In this document: one piece after another, positions 51,160-61,030 of the stretch
Layout: every line of letters begins with the position of its first letter
Numbering within the stretch: position 1 is the first letter of the stretch
Source: an uncultured Acidobacteriota bacterium
GTDB taxonomy: Bacteria; Acidobacteriota; Vicinamibacteria; Vicinamibacterales; CAVVIG01
NCBI GenBank assembly: GCA_963780685.1
Contig: CAWACZ010000012.1
Span: forward strand, 195,238-259,237
Direction: 5' to 3'
DNA length: 64,000 bases
The notes under the pieces: generated by a model
Database searches by the model: none
What the model saw: the letters and a program-made list of their open reading frames with translations, nothing else
Told to the model about the DNA's origin: nothing
Position numbers and translations under genes: made by a program

Positions 51160-52704
51160 CTAGTGAACATGGCCTTCGGCGGGCAGCCCAGACGCCGCGG
51201 ACGCTAAGTGCACCTCGTATGCGCCCCGGGTGACGACCCGCTCCCCGGACTTCACACCGCTGGTGATTCCCACCAGGTCGCCATCTTTCGCGGCAATCTC
51301 GATGAACCGGCGCACAAACTTCTCACCTCCAACCTGTACGAACACGTATGGACGGCCGGCCTCCATCAGCACCGCCGCACTCGGGACGCCTGGGACTCGC
51401 TGACGCTCGCGCGCGTACAGGACTGCCGTGCCAGCCTGACCGACCAGCAATTGCTCTCCGGGATTTTCGATCTCCATCTGAAGCCCGAGCGCCTGGGTTC
51501 CTGGATGGATGACGCCGGAATCATGCAGGTGGCGCGGCTCGAGCATGAACGGCGAGGCGATTCCCGGAATTTCGAGCGCGAGTCCGCCGGCCTGGCGCGC
51601 CACTACCACCTCGGCCGACGGAACCTGGACTTCCAACTCGACGCGGTCCGTCCGCACGATCTTGAAGAGCGGAGTCCCTTCATCATAAGAAGCGCCCAGC
51701 GTCGCGTTTACCTCCGCCAATCGACCAGCGATTGGCGCACGCAGCACGAACGCGTTGCCGGCGGCCGCACCGCCACCCGCACGGAGCGTTTCGTCACGTT
51801 GCGCGAGCCGCGCCTCGGCCGCTCGCAGCCGGGCCTCTGCCACAGTGATGGTGCGGCGTGCGTCGTCCACTCGGCGAGCCGGCACCGCCCGCTCGGCGAG
51901 GAGCCGCTCCGCCCGCGCCAGCTCGACGCGCGCGGCTTCGAACGCAGCGCGCGCCTCTGCAACGTCCGCCTCGAGCGTGGCGCGGTCGGCACCCGTGGCG
52001 AGCCGCGGCTCCAGACGTCCAAGGACCTGCCCCGCGCGGACGCGCGTGCCAATCGACAGCAACACGTCGGTGGTGAACCGGCCGGCCGCCGGCGCCGCCA
52101 CCATCGCCTCACCGCCCGGCAGCGGATGCACCGTCGCCGGGACCCGGATTGACGCACGTACCTCCACCTCCTGCACAGGCGTCGTCGCGAATGGATTGGT
52201 CCATTGCTGTTCCTTGAGATACGCGATCGCTGTAGCCGCTTCCGGGGCTGCCTGCTCGCCGCTGGCTCTGGCGGCCCGCTCATCGGCAAAGACCGTGACC
52301 GACCCAAGGTCATGTCGATCGACGAGTCCCGGCACCTCGAGAATCAGCGTCCACCGGTACCGGCCGGCTGGAGGCGGAACGGCTTCAATGCGAAACGCTC
52401 CGGGCCGGGACGGTCGCGGACCCGTCAAGACTGTCGGCTGACCGCCAGCCTCCGGTGTGAACTCGACCCTGGCCTGGCCGTCGGCGACGGGCGCAAAGTC
52501 GGCGAGCCTCGTCAAGTGCACCGCGAAAAGCGCGGAGCGGCCCGCGACGAGCGGTGGGTATTCCATGAACAGCTCGGTCTTGTCGGTCCAATGCGTCACG
52601 TCAAGCGTCGTTACAGCTCCAGGACTCTGAACCGGTGCGGCCCGTCCGCAACCGGCGAAACCAAGCGCACCGAGCAACAGGAGAGCCGTCAGTTTTGCGG
52701 TCAT
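51160..52704 (-). CDS. efflux RND periplasmic adaptor, lipoprotein (CusB-like)
   Basis: lipobox LLGALGFAGC; AAPAAGRFTTDVLLSIGTRVRAGQVLGRLEPRL; FVLRAPIAGRLAEVNATLGASYDEGTPLFKIV. Confidence 0.9.
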   Translation of the reverse strand: MTAKLTALLLLGALGFAGCGRAAPVQSPGAVTTLDVTHWTDKTELFMEYPPLVAGRSALFAVHLTRLADFAPVADGQARVEFTPEAGGQPTVLTGPRPSRPGAFRIEAVPPPAGRYRWTLILEVPGLVDRHDLGSVTVFADERAARASGEQAAPEAATAIAYLKEQQWTNPFATTPVQEVEVRASIRVPATVHPLPGGEAMVAAPAAGRFTTDVLLSIGTRVRAGQVLGRLEPRLATGADRATLEADVAEARAAFEAARVELARAERLLAERAVPARRVDDARRTITVAEARLRAAEARLAQRDETLRAGGGAAAGNAFVLRAPIAGRLAEVNATLGASYDEGTPLFKIVRTDRVELEVQVPSAEVVVARQAGGLALEIPGIASPFMLEPRHLHDSGVIHPGTQALGLQMEIENPGEQLLVGQAGTAVLYARERQRVPGVPSAAVLMEAGRPYVFVQVGGEKFVRRFIEIAAKDGDLVGITSGVKSGERVVTRGAYEVHLASAASGLPAEGHVH

Positions 52705-53927
52705 TGTGGAATCTCCCAACCACTCGCAAATGTCAGCTCGATCTCAGCTCGTCGTACCGCGAGGTCGAGGGTTGCCTGACGCACGCGCGCGGAGGCACCA
52801 ATCCGATAGGCGTCGAGCAACTCCAAGATGCCCCGTTCACCGGCGTCGTAGCTCACCTGCGCAATCCGTTCAATCTGGGCGGCGCTGTTCAAGGCGTCGG
52901 ACCGATACCGCTCGGCCACCATGCGTCGCTGAATGACCGCCTCGCGAAGCGCGGCCACCTCTCCGCGAAGGACGAGACGAAATGACGAAGCACGCGAGTT
53001 CGCCTGAGCCATCCGTGCCTGGGCGAGCGCGCGTTCCGCTGCCGATCGATCGAACAGCGGGATCGTCGCGCGGACGGTGATGACGCTGCCGACATCTCCA
53101 CCGCCGAGGTTCGACGACTTGGTGCCGGCGACGATCTCCGGCTCGGGCACGCGCCGACGGTCGGCGGCCTGAGCCGCGAACTCCGCCGACTCGAGGTCGT
53201 GCCGCAGCGCGACGAGCTCACCGCGCGTCGATTCCGCGTGCCCGAGTAGTGTCTCGAGTGCCGGGATCGCGGCCGCGGACGGCCCGCCGGGCAGCGCCAC
53301 GAGCAGAGAGGCGTCCGTGCCGTCGCCGAAGTAGCTCGCCAGCCTCGCCTGGGCGCTTGCTCGTTCGATGACCACCAGCGCCCGGTCGGCCTCGATGTCG
53401 AGCGCCTCGCGCTCGGCACGAAGACGATCGAATCCCGCGGCATCACCAGCGTTCTCACGTTTCGCCAGGGCGTCCGCCAGTTCGCGAAGACAATCCCATG
53501 CGCTCGTCAGCTCACGCTCCCGCGCCTGGGCCGCCACGAGGTCTGCGAAGGCGAGTCGCAGCTCCGTGCGAAGGCGCCGGACCCCATCATCGGCACGGCT
53601 CGAGCTGGCCGACACCAGCGCCTCCGCTGAATGCACGTCCAGCCCGCGGCGTCCGGTGATGGGCAGCACCTGCGACACCGTCGTGAGGTACTCGGTGACT
53701 CCCGCCACCGACTCGCGTGTCAGGCCCGGTTGCGGATTTGGCCATCGCCCTGCAGTCAGGACATCAACCCGCGCCATGTCAACAGCCGTGCGGATTGCCC
53801 GCACGCGAGGACTGTCTGACGAGAGTCGCGCCAAGGCATCGGACTCGGTCAACGTCAACGTTTGCGCGCCGACACCGAGCGGCATCCACACCACCGCCAG
53901 GGCGGCGCAGAGCACATCTCTGCGCAT
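52701..53927 (-). CDS. TolC/CusC-like outer-membrane efflux protein
   Basis: TLTLTESDALARLSSDSPRVRAIRTAVDMARVDVLTAGRWPNPQPGLTRES; VSYDAGERGILELLDAYR. Confidence 0.9.
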   Translation of the reverse strand: MRRDVLCAALAVVWMPLGVGAQTLTLTESDALARLSSDSPRVRAIRTAVDMARVDVLTAGRWPNPQPGLTRESVAGVTEYLTTVSQVLPITGRRGLDVHSAEALVSASSSRADDGVRRLRTELRLAFADLVAAQARERELTSAWDCLRELADALAKRENAGDAAGFDRLRAEREALDIEADRALVVIERASAQARLASYFGDGTDASLLVALPGGPSAAAIPALETLLGHAESTRGELVALRHDLESAEFAAQAADRRRVPEPEIVAGTKSSNLGGGDVGSVITVRATIPLFDRSAAERALAQARMAQANSRASSFRLVLRGEVAALREAVIQRRMVAERYRSDALNSAAQIERIAQVSYDAGERGILELLDAYRIGASARVRQATLDLAVRRAEIELTFASGWEIPQ

Positions 53928-53983
53928 AACACCTCGAATGAACGGATCACGAGATAGACGACGGAAAGGTCCGTCAGATCAGA

Positions 53984-54373
53984 TCAGGCGGATAAACGAG
54001 GAGGGCCGCGGAGGGAAAGACAGGCTCTCGGAGGACCGTGTGGGGGCGCCGTATCGTAATCAGGTGGCGATGCCCACTCGGCCAACGCAGGGACCGATTC
54101 AGGCCATGCGGTCGCCGGCAAGGCCGGGACCGTCAACTGGTAACCGGGCTGGAACCTTGCCACCCCATCCAGCCAGACGACGTGGTCATCGTCGTCGGCA
54201 AGCTCGGGGTGGTCGCGGTCGTGCGCCGCGATTGAATGAAGCTGCACATGTCGATGCACAGCCGCCGGTGCATGGTCGTCATGCTCGTGAAGGTGCGCGG
54301 GTGCCATCGCGGAGAGCGCGATGTATGGAGCCAGAAGCACGCTCACGGCGAGCCGGCCGAAGGAAGGTTTCAC
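53984..54373 (-). CDS. exported His/Asp-rich small protein at the head of the efflux operon
   Basis: GTG start; VKPSFGRLAVSVLLAPYIALSAMAPAHLHEHDDHAPAAVHRHVQLHSIAAHDRDHPELADDDDHVVW. Confidence 0.65.
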   Translation of the reverse strand: MKPSFGRLAVSVLLAPYIALSAMAPAHLHEHDDHAPAAVHRHVQLHSIAAHDRDHPELADDDDHVVWLDGVARFQPGYQLTVPALPATAWPESVPALAEWASPPDYDTAPPHGPPRACLSLRGPPRLSA

Positions 54374-54443
54374 GCTTCCGTGATTATCGCCACCGGGCGA
54401 ACGCCTCGTCAAATGGCGCTGCTTTGTCAGGCGCCGAGCCGAA

Positions 54444-54938
54444 TCACCGAAGTGAACGCTCGACGGTGAAGTTCCGCATCGTCCCTCGGGCGTCCACGTA
54501 CGCAATGTCCGCTGACACCGAGCGCGGATACACACCGCACGGGAACTGCGGCTGAAAACTGAACGGCCTCGACGTCCCGGCTACGACGAGCGTCGAACCG
54601 AACTGGCGCGTCAACCCCGGCTTGGGCACGGACACCATCGGCCCGCCCAAAGACGAGCCGTCGATCAATTGGATGGTGACTCGATCGACGTCCACGGTTT
54701 CGAATGCCGAGATGACGATGGTAAACGGGAACGTCACGTTCGGATTGCCGACACAGTCGTTGGGCGAAAAGAAAGGCGGCTGACTGATGGTGGCCGCGAC
54801 GGCCGGCGATGGCGCAAAGACGACAGGCACGCCCGTGCGCACGGCATCGTCATCGCACGCGGACAGGGCGAACGCGAGCACGGCACACGCGATTGTCGGA
54901 CGGAGCATCGGCTTGGTCTGCAATTGGTCGGCTGGCAT
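54444..54938 (-). CDS. hypothetical lipoprotein
   Basis: MLRPTIACAVLAFALSACDDD lipobox; beta-rich remainder. Confidence 0.6.
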   Translation of the reverse strand: MPADQLQTKPMLRPTIACAVLAFALSACDDDAVRTGVPVVFAPSPAVAATISQPPFFSPNDCVGNPNVTFPFTIVISAFETVDVDRVTIQLIDGSSLGGPMVSVPKPGLTRQFGSTLVVAGTSRPFSFQPQFPCGVYPRSVSADIAYVDARGTMRNFTVERSLR

Positions 54939-55359
54939 GAGTGCTCTTCCTTTCTGCATTTGCGTGCGCGATCAGCGTCGACGTTTGTCGCGGGCGCTGA
55001 TTGTGCAGCAATTTGCACTCATGCGCTAAACAATAAATTCACGGGAAATGAGGAGTGAACTCGTCGCCGAGCTTCCGGCGATTGCAGAAATGTATTTTTG
55101 AGATCGCGACGGACCGGAGCTTTTCCGATGTCGAGTGGAATACTTCGTGGCTGTGGATTATGTGGCGACGAACGCGTCGGGACGGCCATCTGTTTGCCGC
55201 TCGCAGGTAGAACATCTCCGCGGAGTGGCAGCTGACATTTTCGTCAGCGTCTCATCGATGGCGTTTCAAACGGATTGAATCCCGCACGGACCGCGAAGCG
55301 GCCCGTGCGGGAGTAGGATGAGTCGTGACCGTGGATTATATGGCGGGAATCGAGCGCGT

Positions 55360-57524
55360 CTACTTCGCCAGTGGATCCGGTCGCAACTGGAAGTGCGCGG
55401 CCAGCGGGCGCGTACCCTTCCCGCCTTCGACGAGCCACGGCGTACGGTCGCCGTTGGCGGCCCACAACCCACGTCCTTTCCAGCCCGCGTTCGGATCGTC
55501 GATGCGTCCGTCGAAGCCCTTCGCATAGAAGCCAAGCGGATACGGCACGCGGAGCACGACCATGCGGCCGCCCGCGTACGCGATGATGCCGTCGTTCAGA
55601 TTTCCTGTAGACATCGGCACATCATTCCCCAGCCCGAACGTGTTGTGCTGGTCGACCCACGAGTAGTAGCTCGACTCGGCGCTGTTCTCGCCGATGCCCC
55701 GGAACCCTGGACCGGGTACTGATGGAACGACCAGCCTTCGGGGCAGTGATCGCCGGTGGCATTGGGTCCGTTGAGCGGCGCCTTGCACTTGCGGCGATCG
55801 AAGCTGCCGATGTGGCCGCTGCCGAGCGACACCCACACCACGCCCTGGCGGTCGATGTCCGCGCCACGCGCGCCGAAGCCCGGCATCGGCACGCGATAAA
55901 TCTCGGCCAGCGCAGTGCTGGGCGGGTTCGAACCGGGCGCGAGCCTCACGACGGCGCCCGGAACGCCAAGAGTCGAGCCCCACACGGAACCGTCAGCCGG
56001 GCTCGGCATCACGGCATAGAACGGGGAAATGAGGCGCGTGTCCTTGGTCGGGTCGGGCGGATCGTTGCCCTCGACATAGGCATCGCGTTTGCCGTTGCCG
56101 TTGGTGTCGAGGACGAGCACCGTCCAGCCCTGTGATTTCGCGGCATCGCCGGTCTCGAGGAACATCTTCGAGTTCAACCACCCGACGACCGGGCCACCGC
56201 CACTCGTCCAGAGCGTGTCGTTGCCGTCGTAACCAAACTGGAGATGATGCGTCGAGAAGCAGGTATCGACGTACGAGTATTTCTGCGTCTTCGGATCGAA
56301 CACTGCCAGATGACGGACCGCGCGGTCCATCGGAAACGCCTTCGCCGATGGATGATCCGAGCCCTGCTTACAGAAGGCCGGGTTGTCCGCGCCACGAACC
56401 GAGGCGGCCAGCCAGAGCTTTCCGTCGCGGCCGAACATCGAGTTGTGGTTGTTGACCCGCGTTTCCCAGATCCGCTCGTTACCCCAGTACGGCGACGGCA
56501 TCGTCGGATCGAGCCCGGCGGCGTGGCCCGGCCCAAGGTTGAGCGGCATCTCCGGGTCGCGCACGGGCGCCTTGAACGTCGTGGCGACATTCTTCACTGG
56601 GTCGAGGATCGGGATGAGATCGGAGCTGTACTCCGGCGATCCGTACACCGGTCCGTAAGCGTTCACATTGGGATGGCGCCGGTCGCTCGCGATCAAGTCG
56701 TGGAGGTACTGCTTGTCGTTCATCCAGTCGCGCAGCGTGACGACGATGTTCCGCTCCACGCCTTGCGGTCGAGGAGGCTTGGCGAACGGCAGCTCACCCT
56801 TGGCGATGCGATCGGTCCAGTCGCCGTAGCTCGCGAACGACACGTCGCCGAGGCCCGTCAGCTGTCCGAGCATCATCTGGCCCGCCTGACCCGACTGCAC
56901 GCGCCGGCGCCAGGCGTCGGCCGGGGACGTGAAGTTGCCGAGGGCAGCCGGAATCGTGCGCGTAGACTCCTGACCGAGCTGATGACACCCGATGCAGCCG
57001 GTGTTCTTCATCGCGCTGATCCAGTTCGTCTGCGTCAGACGAGCCGGAATGCTGCTCGTGCCGCCAAACTGGTCCGCGGCAGGAATCTTGAGCATCGAGT
57101 ACCAATAGATTGCGGGATAGTAGTGGGCCGCGGCCGCCTCGTTGGGCGCCACCGTCGCCGTGATGTTCAGCTGTTGTCCAGGCTTCGCGGTCGCTTTCGC
57201 ACTGTCGACGAGGCCGTACCCTCGCGCCCACACCTGGTAGGCCGCCTGTGGCAGATCCGGCAAGACGTAGCGGCCGCGGTCGTCTGTGACGACGCTCTTG
57301 ATGTAGCGGACCGGCAGATCGCGCGTCTCGGCGATCACCCAGACCCCGGCCTCCGGACCTTTCGGCCCGCTGACCACGCCGCCGATGTCATCGCGATCGA
57401 TCGCGACCTCGCTCGCCGGCTGCTGCGCCTGGGAAGTGGTCAGAAAAAGGAATGAGCTCAGAACGGTGCCGACGCCGAGGCCTCCAAGGCCGATGAGCGA
57501 GCGGATGAGTCGACTGCTTGGCAT
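55360..57524 (-). CDS. secreted carboxypeptidase-regulatory-like/virginiamycin-B-lyase-like propeller protein with one CxxCH motif; frameshift near 55720
   Basis: ISAMKNTGCIGCHQLGQESTRTIP; GPEAGVWVIAETRDLPVRYIKSVVTDDRGRYVLPDLPQAAYQVWARGYGLVDS. Confidence 0.85.
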
Positions 57525-57590
57525 GGCTGACGCTCCTGATGCGATATGACGGGCCGATGGTAGCACGGGCCGGGAAGGCGCACTCGAAGG

Positions 57591-57830
57591 TCAGGACTGG
57601 TTCCGAAGCTCGTTTTCCAGCGCCTGAATGGCCTGATCCAGCATCCGGCGATGATGCAGATTCCTCGCGGCTTCGCGTTCCACCCGCGCCTTCGAAAGCG
57701 CCAGCTCAACGCTGCGACGTTTCGCTTCCGCCTCCCGCTCCGCCGGGGTGAGGGATCGTCCCGTCGCTTTCGAGCGGCTTGCTTCGGCCTGCTGGAATTC
57801 GACGTCTTTGCTCTCGAACCCACGTGCCAT
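57591..57830 (-). CDS. small charged hypothetical protein
   Basis: 79 aa, Arg/Glu/Ala-rich helical composition; start context plausible. Confidence 0.4.
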   Translation of the reverse strand: MARGFESKDVEFQQAEASRSKATGRSLTPAEREAEAKRRSVELALSKARVEREAARNLHHRRMLDQAIQALENELRNQS

Positions 57831-57903
57831 TCGGACCAGCCTAAAGAGTGCAATGCAGTAAAGCCCTATGCAAGACGACCGATTGTAGTGCGATCATCTG
57901 CCC

Positions 57904-58644
57904 GTGCCCATGACGCTCGACCCACAGGACGTCCGCGTCCACTACAGCCTCACCGGGGAAGTCGATGCGGAAGGCCGTGACGCCGCGATGCAGACGCTCT
58001 CGTCAACCGAGCGCGATCGTGCAAACCGCCTTGTTTTCGAGCGCGATCGGCTGCAGTTCATCGTCGCGCACGGGCTGCTTCGACGAGCGCTGTCGACGTA
58101 CGCAGCCGTGGAGCCGAAGGCCTGGCGGTTCGTCGCAAATCAGTTCGGAAAGCCCGCGCTCGCCGATGACTTCGCGTCAACGAACATCGCGTTCAATCTG
58201 GCTCATACCGACGGGTTGGCGGCGTGTGTCATCACTCGAGGTGACGATGTGGGGATTGACGTCGAAGCGACCGACAGACGCACTCAGCCACTTGAACTAG
58301 CCACTCGGTACTTCTCGCCGCTCGAGGTCGCCGACCTCCACGCGTGTCCCGAGAGCGAGCGCCAGGTTCGCTTCATCGAGATCTGGACGCTCAAAGAAGC
58401 GTACGTGAAGGCCGTCGGCATGGGACTCTCGCACCCCCTGCAAACGTTCAGCTTCCGATTCGACGGGGAATCGTCCATTTGCTTCGAGCCTTCGACACCG
58501 AGCGAATCGCCGTGGGGGTTCAGGCTATTCGCGCCATCCGGCCGACACCGGTTGGCAGTTGCCGTCCGCGGCAGATCCCATCGCATCATCCCCACACCCA
58601 GCTCCGACGGGCCACCCGCCGCGCTTCTTCGTACGTCGGTGTGA
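57904..58644 (+). CDS. 4'-phosphopantetheinyl transferase superfamily protein
   Basis: GKPAL...FNLAHTDGLAACVITRGDDVGIDVEATDRR...FIEIWTLKEAYVKAVGMGLSHPL. Confidence 0.93.
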   Translation: MPMTLDPQDVRVHYSLTGEVDAEGRDAAMQTLSSTERDRANRLVFERDRLQFIVAHGLLRRALSTYAAVEPKAWRFVANQFGKPALADDFASTNIAFNLAHTDGLAACVITRGDDVGIDVEATDRRTQPLELATRYFSPLEVADLHACPESERQVRFIEIWTLKEAYVKAVGMGLSHPLQTFSFRFDGESSICFEPSTPSESPWGFRLFAPSGRHRLAVAVRGRSHRIIPTPSSDGPPAALLRTSV

Positions 58645-58730
58645 CTTCGACGTCGTGCGTTCAACCAATCGCGGTTCGCCGGGTCGTATTTATCGCGAAC
58701 CGCGGCGCGTATAATTTCAACGTCTTCACC

Positions 58731-58796
58731 ATGCCGCTCGCTCCGGGCAGCCGTCTTGCCCCGTACGAGATCGTGGTCCGAAGGAGGGCTCGATGC
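58731..58796 (+). pseudogene. about 20-aa N-terminal remnant of a Ser/Thr kinase
   Basis: MPLAPGSRLAPYEIVVRR, which matches the usual opening of this family's kinases (SRLGPYEIV), preceded by TATAAT at 58710-58715, then lost. Confidence 0.5.
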
Positions 58797-60202
58797 GACG
58801 GCAGGCGCTGATGATCGGGTATGCGGTGGCCGCTTCGATCATCGTGCAAGGATCGGCACAGCGGACGACGACGCCTGCCGTTGCAACGCTCTATGAGGGC
58901 GCCAGACTCATCACGGGCGACGGGACAGCGCCCACCGAACGCTCGGCTTTCCTCGTCGAAAGCGGGCACTTCACTCGCGTCGGACGTCGCGGCGAACTAC
59001 AAGCCCCAGCGGACGCGGTCCGCATCGACCTGACAGGCAAGACCGTCATTCCAGCGCTTGTCGATGGCCACTCGCACATCGGTTACATGAACAACATGAC
59101 GAGCGGGGCCATGAACTACACCCGCGAGAACATCCTCGACCACATGCACCGCTTCGCGTACTTCGGCGTCGCGGCCAGCCAGGCCATGGGCACGGACTTC
59201 GGCGAGCTGCCGTTCCAACTGCGCGACGAAATCATGGCGGGGAAACATCCCGATGCTGCCCGCTTCCTGACAGCTGGCCGAGGCCTCTCGCCACTCGAGG
59301 AGATCAGCCCTGACAACATGCGACAGGCGGCATTTCCGATCACAACGGTCGCAGGCGCTCGCGCGTCGGTGCAGGAGCTGGTGCCTCGAAGGGTCAGGTT
59401 GATCAAAACGTGGGTCGACGACCGCGGTGGCGCCGTGAAAACGTTGACCCCCGATCTCTACACCGCCATCCTTGACGAAGCACACAAGAATGGCCTGCGC
59501 GTGGCCGTCCACGCAACCGACCCCAGAGTCGCGAAAGATCTGCTGCGCGCCGGCATCGACGTCTTCGCCCACATGATCAGTGAAGTGGACAACGAACTGG
59601 TGGCGCTGTTCAAGCAGCGTCCGAACGTCGCCGTGCTGTCGGCCCTCGGCGGGCCCCACCGCGCCGTCTACGCACCGTGGCTGGACCCGGTGCATCCGCT
59701 CATCCTCGAGACGGTGCGGCCGGAGCAGATCAAGCGGCTGCAGGGGCGGTTTCCGATCAGGAATCCCGAGCAGCTCGCGCGGTCGCAAGCCGCGTGGGAG
59801 CGGCTGGCCAGCGGCATCAAGCGGCTGAGCGACGCCGGAGTCAAGATCGGCGTCGGCACCGACGGCGGCGGTCAACAGGGCGACCAGTTCATCGGCTGGA
59901 CGATGCATGCGGAGCTGGAGAACTTGGTGATGGCGGGCATCAGCCCGGCCAAGGCGATCGTGGCAGCGACCAGCACGGCGGCCGAGATTCTCGGACAAGA
60001 CGATCTCGGCATGATTGCCGCGGGCAAGAGCGCAGACTTCGTGGTCCTCGACGCCAACCCGCTTGACGACATCAGAAGCACTCGCAGGATTTCTCAGGTG
60101 TTTTTGCGAGGGCGACAGGTCGATCGAGAGCGGCTGAAAAGAGGTTGGGCGACACCGGGCAGCCAGGGCCACGGCTTGAACCCCTCTTCAGTGGACCGCT
60201 GA
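58793..60202 (+). CDS. amidohydrolase family protein
   Basis: VIPALVDGHSHIGYMNN; KTWVDDRGG; VHATDP; IGVGTDGGG; MIAAGKSADFVVLDANPLDDI. Confidence 0.93.
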   Translation: MRRQALMIGYAVAASIIVQGSAQRTTTPAVATLYEGARLITGDGTAPTERSAFLVESGHFTRVGRRGELQAPADAVRIDLTGKTVIPALVDGHSHIGYMNNMTSGAMNYTRENILDHMHRFAYFGVAASQAMGTDFGELPFQLRDEIMAGKHPDAARFLTAGRGLSPLEEISPDNMRQAAFPITTVAGARASVQELVPRRVRLIKTWVDDRGGAVKTLTPDLYTAILDEAHKNGLRVAVHATDPRVAKDLLRAGIDVFAHMISEVDNELVALFKQRPNVAVLSALGGPHRAVYAPWLDPVHPLILETVRPEQIKRLQGRFPIRNPEQLARSQAAWERLASGIKRLSDAGVKIGVGTDGGGQQGDQFIGWTMHAELENLVMAGISPAKAIVAATSTAAEILGQDDLGMIAAGKSADFVVLDANPLDDIRSTRRISQVFLRGRQVDRERLKRGWATPGSQGHGLNPSSVDR

Positions 60203-60225
60203 TACCGAGACGCCGAACGCCATCG

Positions 60226-60345
60226 CTATCGTTTGTCGATCGTGCCGTTGTAGACCTTGCGGGCGGAATCGTACGCGGCGTCACCAGGTTGGATGATGGC
60301 GCCGCGCACGCGGGATTGCAGCCGAACAAGTTTCGCTCGAGTTGG
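60226..60345 (-). pseudogene. N-terminal stub of an FAD-linked oxidoreductase
   Basis: reverse strand reads APTRAKLVRLQSRVRGAIIQPGDAAYDSARKVYNGTIDKR*; FAD-binding domain missing. Confidence 0.55.
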
Positions 60346-60365
60346 CGCTGGCCCGCTCTGGTAGC

Positions 60366-60383
60366 GCAGCCCTTCAGGGCTGC
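60366..60383. repeat. palindrome gcagccct-tc-agggctgc (possible dispersed repeat)
   Basis: perfect 8-bp inverted repeat in a non-coding patch that translates to the recurrent LVAQPFRAAFGG string. Confidence 0.45.
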
Positions 60384-60425
60384 TTTCGGCGGGCGCTGGC
60401 CGGCCAACTCAAGTCGGCTCCTGGA

Positions 60426-60914
60426 TTAGCGCTTGGTCAACGGCTGTTGCGGCGCGTCGGCCGGGTTGACATAGAAGATGTCGAACGGGCCTTCCAGATT
60501 GATCTGGACCACCGTCGGCTCTGCGGTCCATGCGAAGTGATGCATCCTTGCCGGGAGCGAGACGAACCCGCCCGGCTCCAGGGTCTGCGAGGCTTGACGG
60601 TCCAGCTTGTCGCCCATTCCGACGTGAAGGGCCCCGGACAGCACTGTCACGCGCTCGGTCATGCTGTGCCAGTGCGGCGGAATGGCGTAATTCGCCGGGA
60701 ACTTCAGGCGCAGCGTCACCGCGCCCTTTTCCGACGGATTTCCCTCCAGGACACTGATCTGCGCCCCGGCGGGCAGATGGGGCGGAGCCGGCCCCCACTG
60801 CACCTTGTCCGCCGGCACCAAGACATGCGTGGACTGGGCGACCCCCGGTGCGATCGTGACGATGAGGCCCAAGGCAACTGACCCGAGACAGACGGCACGG
60901 CGTGTGATGCTCAT
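60426..60914 (-). CDS. exported cupin domain protein
   Basis: AIPPHWHSMTERVTVLSGALHVGMGDKLD...GGFVSLPARMHHFAW. Confidence 0.88.
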   Translation of the reverse strand: MSITRRAVCLGSVALGLIVTIAPGVAQSTHVLVPADKVQWGPAPPHLPAGAQISVLEGNPSEKGAVTLRLKFPANYAIPPHWHSMTERVTVLSGALHVGMGDKLDRQASQTLEPGGFVSLPARMHHFAWTAEPTVVQINLEGPFDIFYVNPADAPQQPLTKR

Positions 60915-61030
60915 AAGCTTCCTCCTGAAGGGGACAGCCTATGAGGCCGAGCGTTCCCAAAGCGTTCGTGAGATCGTTCTGCCGTAACTGCAGTTTTTTA
61001 CTGGGGAGTCCGGGGACGCGTCACGAATGC

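Noticed and set aside
60310-60350. Integron attC-like site (gccgaacaag ... gttggcg)
   Set aside because: The core sites do not match RYYYAAC/GTTRRRY fully, no integrase or cassette array is present, and the sequence is explained better as an FAD-oxidoreductase stub.
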